Below the pieces are notes generated by a model. The model searched no databases, was not told the DNA's origin, and was given only the letters and a program-made list of their open reading frames with translations. This document shows positions 17,255 to 22,914 of a stretch of 22,914 nt of DNA, in pieces (position 1 is the stretch's first letter; each line of letters starts with the position of its first letter). The translations under genes and the position numbers were made by a program. The DNA is from a virus (Duplodnaviria; Heunggongvirae; Uroviricota; Caudoviricetes), in IMG/VR virus record IMGVR_UViG_2703718780_000024, positions 1 to 22,914 of that record; one strand, 5' to 3'.

Positions 17255-17563
17255 GTTGCATTGCTGTGTTGTTTGGGATTTGTTGCACCATTCTGGCGTT
17301 GGTATATCTAGTTCGTTGTTCATTTTGTTAATTGTACAACAGGCAGACAACAGAGAGCTTTTAGCCTAGTTAGCTTACGAAATTAAACAACTAAGATTAT
17401 CGGCGGGGAGTGGTCACCGCTACTCTTTGGCTAGGAGACTTCAACGCAACCGCACACAACCAGCTTCGGCGGGTTTTGTTTTTTCCTGGCATTCTGGTTT
17501 ACAATTTGCGTGCTAGCTTGAACAACTGGCATCTGCTGCACTGCGCCATCGAGAGATTGAGAA

Positions 17564-18163
17564 ATGGCGCATATACAACTGGTCAAACAAACTTCTTCTG
17601 GTTTACTTCTCCCGGCGACGCCGGAGAGTTGCGATTTTCTGCATCAAATCAAAATAGGTGAGTGGATACACGCAGATTTTAAGCGTGTGCGTAACTACGC
17701 ATTCCACAAGCGTTTTTTCAAACTCCTGCAACTGGGATTCGATTACTGGACTCCGGTCGGTGGGGCGATCACGCCTCGCGAACGAGAACTGCTGTCTGGT
17801 TTCGTTGATTACCTGTGCGAATCAGTTGGTCGGGAACACACGCCAGCCCTGAGTGATGCCGCAGAGCAATACCTTAACACCGTTGCGACTCGTAGAACCC
17901 GGGATACGGCGTTGCTAAAGTCGTTTGAGGCTTTCCGCGAGTGGGTAACCATTCAGGCCGGATTTTACACCGAGCATATTTATCCGGACGGTAGCCGTGG
18001 GCGTCGGGCAAAATCCATCGCTTTTGCGAATATGGACGAAGTCGAGTTTCAGCAGGTTTATAAATCTGTACTGAATGTGCTGTGGAACTGGATTCTGTTC
18101 CGTAAATTCTCCTCTCAGGAGGAAGTTGAAAATGTGGCCGCACAACTACTGGAGTTTGCGTAA
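17564..18163 (+). CDS. nin-region phage protein (DUF1367/YdfU-like), 199 aa
   Basis: It lies immediately upstream of the YbcO-like gene with a 1-nt overlap (TAATG). The family assignment is by recollection. Confidence 0.5.
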   Translation: MAHIQLVKQTSSGLLLPATPESCDFLHQIKIGEWIHADFKRVRNYAFHKRFFKLLQLGFDYWTPVGGAITPRERELLSGFVDYLCESVGREHTPALSDAAEQYLNTVATRRTRDTALLKSFEAFREWVTIQAGFYTEHIYPDGSRGRRAKSIAFANMDEVEFQQVYKSVLNVLWNWILFRKFSSQEEVENVAAQLLEFA

Positions 18164-18453
18164 TGGTGAATTTACGTAAAGCGGCTAAAGGCCAGATATG
18201 CCAGATCAGAATCCCTGGCTACTGCAATCACAATCCCGAAACCTCTGTGCTGGCGCATTACAGGCTGGCGGGAACGTGCGGAACAGCGATAAAGCCACAC
18301 GATATGCAGGCAGCGATTGCCTGTAACTCATGCCACGATTTAATCGACGGGAGAGTAAAAACCAGCGATTACACCAAAGAAGAATTGCGCCTGATGCATG
18401 CAGAAGGTGTTTTTCGCACACAAGAGATCTGGAGAAAGGACGGTTATTTATGA
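18163..18453 (+). CDS. ybcO: YbcO-like putative nuclease (DUF1364), 96 aa
   Basis: 96 aa with a conserved Cys/His pattern (CQIRIPGYCNHNPETSVLAH ... CNSCHD), closely resembling DLP12 YbcO as recalled. Confidence 0.75.
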   Translation: MVNLRKAAKGQICQIRIPGYCNHNPETSVLAHYRLAGTCGTAIKPHDMQAAIACNSCHDLIDGRVKTSDYTKEELRLMHAEGVFRTQEIWRKDGYL

Positions 18454-19004
18454 TTTACCCAACGAACACAGGAAAAAGCGGAGAGCACCTTCGTCTCACC
18501 ACGCTGGAAAGTGTCTGGATTCAGGGGAAACTACGTATGTGGGGGCGCTGGTCGTATATTGGCGGCGGTAAGACGGGAAATATGTTCAACCAGTTGCTGA
18601 CCTCTAAAAAGCTGACAAAAACGGCAATTAACGAGGCGCTCCGGAGGATGAAAAAAGCAGGTCTGGACAAACCTAAACTTGAGGCTTTTTTGCGGGATAT
18701 GATCAACGGCAAGCAAAAAAGCTGGCTGGTGCATTGTACCGATTCAGAGGCGTTAATAATCGACAGGGTTATTGGTGAAGTACTGGCAGGTTATCCCGGG
18801 CTGCTCAATGTTCTGAGTCAGCGTTATGTGGGGCGGGGGATGACTAAGCGCAAAATGGCTGAACTGCTGAATGATGCACATCCGGAATGGAGTTTAAGAA
18901 CCTGTGAAAGACGCATTGAGCATTGGCTAAAGGTGGCAGAATTTATTTTGTACAAACCAATGGTTATGGCTTTTGGTATAGAGAAAAAAGTTATTGCTTT
19001 TTGA
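18450..19004 (+). CDS. Putative late-gene antiterminator Q (non-lambda Q family), 184 aa
   Basis: The call rests on position: it is the last gene before the tRNA cluster, coupled by ATGA overlap to the YbcO-like gene. No zinc-finger motif is visible, so the family is uncertain. Confidence 0.45.
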   Translation: MIYPTNTGKSGEHLRLTTLESVWIQGKLRMWGRWSYIGGGKTGNMFNQLLTSKKLTKTAINEALRRMKKAGLDKPKLEAFLRDMINGKQKSWLVHCTDSEALIIDRVIGEVLAGYPGLLNVLSQRYVGRGMTKRKMAELLNDAHPEWSLRTCERRIEHWLKVAEFILYKPMVMAFGIEKKVIAF

Positions 19005-19080
19005 CGTAAAAACTGCTTCAATTCCGGTAAGCTTCGCAAAGCTGTATCGCGAGGCGAACCAAACGCATGAACTTTACCAG

Positions 19081-19105
19081 AACCCGCCATTGAGCGGGTT
19101 TTTTA
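19081..19105 (+). terminator. Rho-independent terminator (possible tR'-like)
   Basis: Stem CCCGC / GCGGG with loop CATTGA, followed by TTTTTT. Confidence 0.55.
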
Positions 19106-19143
19106 TTGCGGAATTAATTACGGACCGTTATTATTCTGCTCCC

Positions 19144-19219
19144 GGCCCTTTAGCTCAGTGGTGAGAGCGAGCGACTCATAATCGCCAGGTCGCTGGTTCA
19201 AATCCAGCAAGGGCCACCA
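19144..19219 (+). tRNA. tRNA with CAU anticodon, most likely tRNA-Ile2 (ileX/ileZ-like); tRNA-Met not excluded
   Basis: 76-nt cloverleaf with acceptor GGCCCTT/AAGGGCC, T-loop TTCAAAT, anticodon loop CTCATAA and encoded CCA. It closely resembles E. coli ileX as recalled. Confidence 0.85.
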
Positions 19220-19319
19220 TCACAAACCGCCATTAGCTTATCAGGAAGAGCAGACGACACCATAACAGGGTTGTTGGTGCGGGGGCGGGTCCCCGATGGC
19301 GGTCCATTATCGGTATTCT

Positions 19320-19396
19320 GCGTTGTTAGCTCAGCCGGACAGAGCAATTGCCTTCTAAGCAATCGGTCAGTGGTTCGACTCCACTACAACGCGCCA
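19320..19396 (+). tRNA. tRNA-Arg (anticodon UCU)
   Basis: 77-nt cloverleaf with acceptor GCGTTGT/ACAACGC, anticodon loop CTTCTAA, T-loop TTCGACT and encoded CCA. Confidence 0.85.
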
Positions 19397-19409
19397 CACT
19401 TATTTTCCA

Positions 19410-19433
19410 GGCTCGCTTCGGCGGGCCTTTTTT
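19410..19433 (+). terminator. Rho-independent terminator after the tRNA cluster
   Basis: Stem GGCTCGC / GCGGGCC with loop TTCG, followed by TTTTTT. Confidence 0.6.
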
Positions 19434-19565
19434 GTATCTGCGCCACGCCCGGCGCATATCAACCACAGAGCCTTTCGGGGGTGAGCTTACGGAGTGGTCA
19501 GTGTGACTTTCTCTGTGGGCAGATCGCTCCCGGGCGTTGGCTCACCCACCCAAAGGAACGTCACG

Positions 19566-19997
19566 ATGTTTGGAATCTTCAAAAAGAAAACCCGCAGAGC
19601 GGCAGCGGAAATTAAAAAGTTTGAGAAACGCGATCTGGCACAGGCGGTGATTAACGCTGCATACCTGGTGGCCTATGCAGATGGTGAATGCGAGGCATCC
19701 GAGAAAGCGAAGATCGAACAGGTCTTACGTAATCAGCCTGCGTTGTCTGCGTTTACCTCGGAAATTAATGCGATTAGCGCAACTATTATCGGTCAGCTGG
19801 ATACCAATTTTAAAATTGGTCGTCGTGCCGCGTTACGCGAGATTGAGGATGTGAAACACGATACGCGTGAAGCGGAAGATGTGCTGGATGTGGCGGTGGC
19901 CATTGCGGAGGCAGACGGCGAAATTGAGCCGGAAGAGCGCAAGGTGCTGGAAGAGATTGCCGGTGTTCTGGGTCTTCGTCTGGAGAATCACCTGTGA
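19566..19997 (+). CDS. TerB-like domain protein, 143 aa from ATG 19566
   Basis: Two ADGE-containing segments (AYADGECEASEKAKIEQVL and AEADGEIEPEERKVLEEIAGVLGL) typical of the TerB fold. AAGGA RBS. Confidence 0.55.
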   Translation: MFGIFKKKTRRAAAEIKKFEKRDLAQAVINAAYLVAYADGECEASEKAKIEQVLRNQPALSAFTSEINAISATIIGQLDTNFKIGRRAALREIEDVKHDTREAEDVLDVAVAIAEADGEIEPEERKVLEEIAGVLGLRLENHL

Positions 19998-20161
19998 CGG
20001 TAAAACTGCGCCTGGCTGTGGCTGCACTCCTGCTGTTTCTGGTGGTGATGGTGGATTTCACCAGCAGAATCATGTCGGTGCTGGCGGATGGGGTGCTGGT
20101 CTGCGGCATTGTGGTATTGCTGTGGCCGGTGATAAAAAGAAACAGCCTGCATAATGCTTGA
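19994..20161 (+). CDS. Possible small membrane protein, 55 aa, GTG start overlapping the TerB-like stop
   Basis: Translation VTVKLRLAVAALLLFLVVMVDFTSRIMSVLADGVLVCGIVVLLWPVIKRNSLHNA, followed by a T-run. No ATG start. Confidence 0.3.
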   Translation: MTVKLRLAVAALLLFLVVMVDFTSRIMSVLADGVLVCGIVVLLWPVIKRNSLHNA

Positions 20162-20474
20162 TTTTTTTGTTTGCTGTTTATTAAAAACACTTCTGCATGG
20201 TGAATCCCCCTGTGCGGAGGGGCGATCAGCAACCAGGTATATGGGATAATCGCGGATTCAGGTGCTGATACTGAATTCACCGGGAGGCACCCGGCACCAT
20301 GCTTTGCCACAAAAGTGTTGTTTCTGTTTTTCTCAAACTATCATCGTTATCCCTTTATTTCCGGCTGCGCATGGCGTGGCCTTTTTTTACGACCAGCCAC
20401 TGGCAGATGGCCATCCTGTAATTTGATTCCGGTTCCGGCTTTTTAACTCTGTTCCTGTACACGGGAGAAATTCG

Positions 20475-22412
20475 ATGTCGATTAAACATTATGATGTTGT
20501 CAGGGCGGCGTCGCCGTCAGACCTTGCGGAAAAGCTGACACAAAAACTGAAGGAGGGGTGGCAGCCATTTGGCAGCCCGGTGGCCATCACGCCTTATACT
20601 CTGATGCAGGCCATTGCGGCGGAAGGTGATGTCACCACACCTGTGTTGGTGAAGCCGTCGGATGGAGAAGGCACAGTAATCAGCGCCACCAGAGACCCGG
20701 AGTATTACTTTGTTGTGGTTCTGGCGGGGCAGTCAAACAGCATGGCATATGGTGAAGGCCTTCCGCTGCCGGAGACATATGACCGTCCGGACCCGCGCAT
20801 TAAGCAGCTGGCGCGTCGCAGTACGGTGACACCGGGCGGTGTCGCCTGTAAATATAACGACATCATTCCGGCGGACCATTGTCTGCATGATGTGCAGGAC
20901 ATGAGCCGCCTTAACCATCCGAAAGCGGACCTGTCAAAGGGGCAGTACGGAACCGTGGGGCAAGGGCTGCATATCGCCAAAAAATTGCTGCCGTTTATAC
21001 CGGCGAATGCGGGCATTCTGCTGGTTCCGTGCTGTCGTGGTGGTTCAGCGTTCACCACCGGAGCCGATGGCACATACAGTGACGCGAGTGGTGCCTCGGA
21101 GAATTCAACCCGCTGGGGTGTGGACAAGCCGCTGTATAAGGACCTTATCGGTCGAACAAAAGCAGCACTGAAGAAGAATCCGAAAAATGTGCTGTTTGCC
21201 GTGGTGTGGATGCAGGGGGAATTTGATTTTGGCGGTACGCCGGCAAATCACGCAGCACAGTTTGGTGCGCTGGTTGATAAATTCCGTGCAGACCTGGCGG
21301 ATATGGCAGGTCAGTGCGTCGGTGGCTCTGCTGGCGGTGTTCCCTGGATATGTGGAGATACGACGTATTTCTGGAAGCAGAAGAACGAATCCACGTACCA
21401 GACGGTGTACGGCAGCTATAAAAACAAAACGGAAAAGAATATCCATTTCGTACCGTTCATGACCGATGAGAACGGGGTGAATGTGCCGACGAACAAACCG
21501 GAAGAAGACCCGGACATTCCGGGTATCGGATATTACGGTTCGAAATGGCGTGACAGCTCAGCCACCTGGACGTCACAGGACAGGGCGAGCCATTTCAGCG
21601 CCTGGGCACGCCGTGGGATTATTTCCGACCGTCTGGCAACGGCGATTTTGCGCCATGCGGGAAGAGTGGCGCTAAACGCGGGGGCATCATCGACAGTATC
21701 AGAGGTGCGCCCTTCATCGCCTTCCGGTGCAGAAGCCACAGGCGTCACAACACTGCTCTCTTACCTTGCCAGCGAGTCAGAGGGAAGCCTGAAAGTACAG
21801 GGATGGTCAGCCAGTGGCGGCAGGGCAGAAGTGGTCAGCGATGCGGAGGGAACCGGAGGTAAGGCAGTGAAGCTGACCAAGGAGGCCGGTAAAAGCAGCT
21901 GGGTGCTGGAGTACGCCGCGGGCAACGGTGCGGCTCTGTTACAGAAAGGGGGGCAGATTCGCTGCCGCTTTAAGGTTTCGGGAGCGCTGGCTGCGAACCA
22001 GTATGTTATGGCGTTTTACTGGCCGGTCTCTTCACTGCCACAGGGCGTTGCCCTGACCGGAGACGGGGGGAATAACCTGCTGGCAGCGTTCTACATCCAG
22101 ACAGATGCAAAAGACCTGAATGTGATGTACCACAATGCGAAAGTGGCGACAAACAACCTGAAACTGGGAACCTTTGGCGCATTTGATAACGAATGGCATA
22201 CGCTGGCTTTCCGCTTTGCCGGGAATAACAGCCTTCAGGTGACGCCGGTTATTGATGGTCAGGATGGCACACCGTTCACGCTGACGCAGTCACCGGTCAG
22301 TGCATTTGCGGCGGATAAACTGCATGTGACAGACATTACCAGGAATGCGACTTACCCGGTACTGATAGACAGCATTGCGGTGGAAGTGAACAGCACAGAC
22401 ACTGCGGCATGA
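20475..22412 (+). CDS. nanS-p: Prophage-encoded NanS-p-type sialate O-acetylesterase (N-terminal DUF1737, SGNH/SASA esterase core, C-terminal lectin-like domain), 645 aa
   Basis: 645 aa with N-terminus MSIKHYDVVRAAS and a GQSN esterase motif (VVVLAGQSNSMAYGEG). Architecture and length match the esterases found downstream of stx in EHEC prophages. Confidence 0.8.
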   Translation: MSIKHYDVVRAASPSDLAEKLTQKLKEGWQPFGSPVAITPYTLMQAIAAEGDVTTPVLVKPSDGEGTVISATRDPEYYFVVVLAGQSNSMAYGEGLPLPETYDRPDPRIKQLARRSTVTPGGVACKYNDIIPADHCLHDVQDMSRLNHPKADLSKGQYGTVGQGLHIAKKLLPFIPANAGILLVPCCRGGSAFTTGADGTYSDASGASENSTRWGVDKPLYKDLIGRTKAALKKNPKNVLFAVVWMQGEFDFGGTPANHAAQFGALVDKFRADLADMAGQCVGGSAGGVPWICGDTTYFWKQKNESTYQTVYGSYKNKTEKNIHFVPFMTDENGVNVPTNKPEEDPDIPGIGYYGSKWRDSSATWTSQDRASHFSAWARRGIISDRLATAILRHAGRVALNAGASSTVSEVRPSSPSGAEATGVTTLLSYLASESEGSLKVQGWSASGGRAEVVSDAEGTGGKAVKLTKEAGKSSWVLEYAAGNGAALLQKGGQIRCRFKVSGALAANQYVMAFYWPVSSLPQGVALTGDGGNNLLAAFYIQTDAKDLNVMYHNAKVATNNLKLGTFGAFDNEWHTLAFRFAGNNSLQVTPVIDGQDGTPFTLTQSPVSAFAADKLHVTDITRNATYPVLIDSIAVEVNSTDTAA

Positions 22413-22547
22413 TAAAAAAAACCGCCAGCGACAGGAATGGACGCTGGCGGTGGTGATACCTATGGAGAAAAAATAAAGGAACGATACTTTCGTACTCTGG
22501 TTTTTAATGAAAACAGTTCTTATTGTCAACAATAACGGAAAGAAATT

Positions 22548-22727
22548 ATGACATTTCTGAACCAGTTAATGCTGTACTTCTGTACGGTGGTCTGTGTGCT
22601 GTATCTCCTTTCGGGTGGGTACAGGGCAGTGCGCGATTGCTGGCGCAGGCAGATTGACAAAAGGGCCGCTGAGAAAATCAGCGCCGGTCAGTCAGCCGGA
22701 AGCAAACCCGAAGAGCCGCTCATTTAG
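22548..22727 (+). CDS. Small hydrophobic-N-terminus protein, 59 aa
   Basis: ORF not in the supplied track; translation MTFLNQLMLYFCTVVCVLYLLSGGYRAVRDC... GGAAAG precedes the ATG. Confidence 0.35.
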   Translation: MTFLNQLMLYFCTVVCVLYLLSGGYRAVRDCWRRQIDKRAAEKISAGQSAGSKPEEPLI

Positions 22728-22767
22728 CGGCAACTTTCTTAATCACACCTTTCGACGAGAAAATCCC

Positions 22768-22914
22768 ATGTCAGAAATTACATCCCTGGTCACTGCTGAA
22801 GCAGTGAAGGAAGTCCTGCGCTCTGAAGAAGTCCGGAGCGCACTGAAACAGAAACTTCGCCATAACCTGGAAGCGCGTCTTGATGCAGAAGTGGATGCCA
22901 TTCTGGATGAACTG
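22768..22914 (+). CDS. Partial CDS (5' end only; continues past the window)
   Basis: ATG at 22768 with an open frame to the window end; translation MSEITSLVTAEAVKEVLRSEEVRSALKQKL... Confidence 0.35.
   Translation, partial: MSEITSLVTAEAVKEVLRSEEVRSALKQKLRHNLEARLDAEVDAILDEL

Larger units (their letters stand above)
1..22914. mobile_element. Lambdoid prophage segment (Rac-like early arm joined to Stx-phage-like late-regulatory arm); attL presumably lies left of the window
   Basis: Gene order int-xis-ralR-recT-recE ... repressor/cro ... O/DnaC-like ... nin-region genes ... Q-like - tRNAs - nanS-p matches lambdoid prophage synteny. Confidence 0.85.

Noticed and set aside
18991-19030. pR'-like late promoter immediately after the Q-like gene
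   Set aside because: A TTGACG -35-like hexamer overlaps the Q stop, but no acceptable -10 lies at 16-18 nt spacing, so it is too weak to annotate.
19220-19319. Possible third tRNA between the two tRNA genes
   Set aside because: No cloverleaf (acceptor/T-arm pairing) could be built from this spacer.
19400-20475. stx toxin genes in the Q-tRNA to nanS-p interval
   Set aside because: The interval holds only a 143-aa TerB-like ORF and a small hydrophobic ORF. Nothing is of the size or character of stxA/stxB.
19810-21748. Minus-strand ORFs overlapping the TerB-like and nanS-p genes, plus-strand alternate frames (19867-20154, 21187-21462, 21481-21675), and the long N-terminal extension of the TerB-like ORF from 19494
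   Set aside because: They are antisense or out of frame relative to strongly supported genes. The TerB-like extension covers a terminator and has no RBS; ATG 19566 with AAGGA is preferred.
1-22914. CRISPR arrays, IS elements or transposase genes
   Set aside because: No regularly spaced direct repeats with unique spacers and no transposase-like ORF or terminal inverted repeats were seen; the only repeats are short operator or iteron-like dyads.

Overview
The window is a near-contiguous slice of a mosaic lambdoid prophage from an Escherichia-like enterobacterium. Its left arm is Rac-like: integrase, excisionase, a ralR-like gene, recT and recE, small early genes, an immunity region with a divergent repressor/Cro-like pair, and O-like and DnaC-like replication genes. 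Its right arm resembles Stx-phage late-regulatory architecture: a YbcO-like nuclease, a putative Q antiterminator, two tRNA genes and a NanS-p-type esterase, with no stx genes. The most interesting feature is a visibly AT-rich island (about 13.2-17.6 kb) in the nin-region position. It carries a C5-cytosine DNA methyltransferase convergent with a translationally coupled two-gene operon: a MORC/Hsp90-like GHKL ATPase and a 329-aa protein with no recognisable motifs. I read this as a candidate uncharacterised restriction-modification-like or methylation-associated defence module; its novelty cannot be confirmed without database searches. Other points worth a second look are in-frame stop codons in ralR and in a nin-region ORF, palindromic iteron-like repeats in the O-like gene, operator-like repeats around the repressor, and a TerB-like gene where Stx phages carry stx. 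All calls rest on reading the sequence and on recalled family features; no searches were run.
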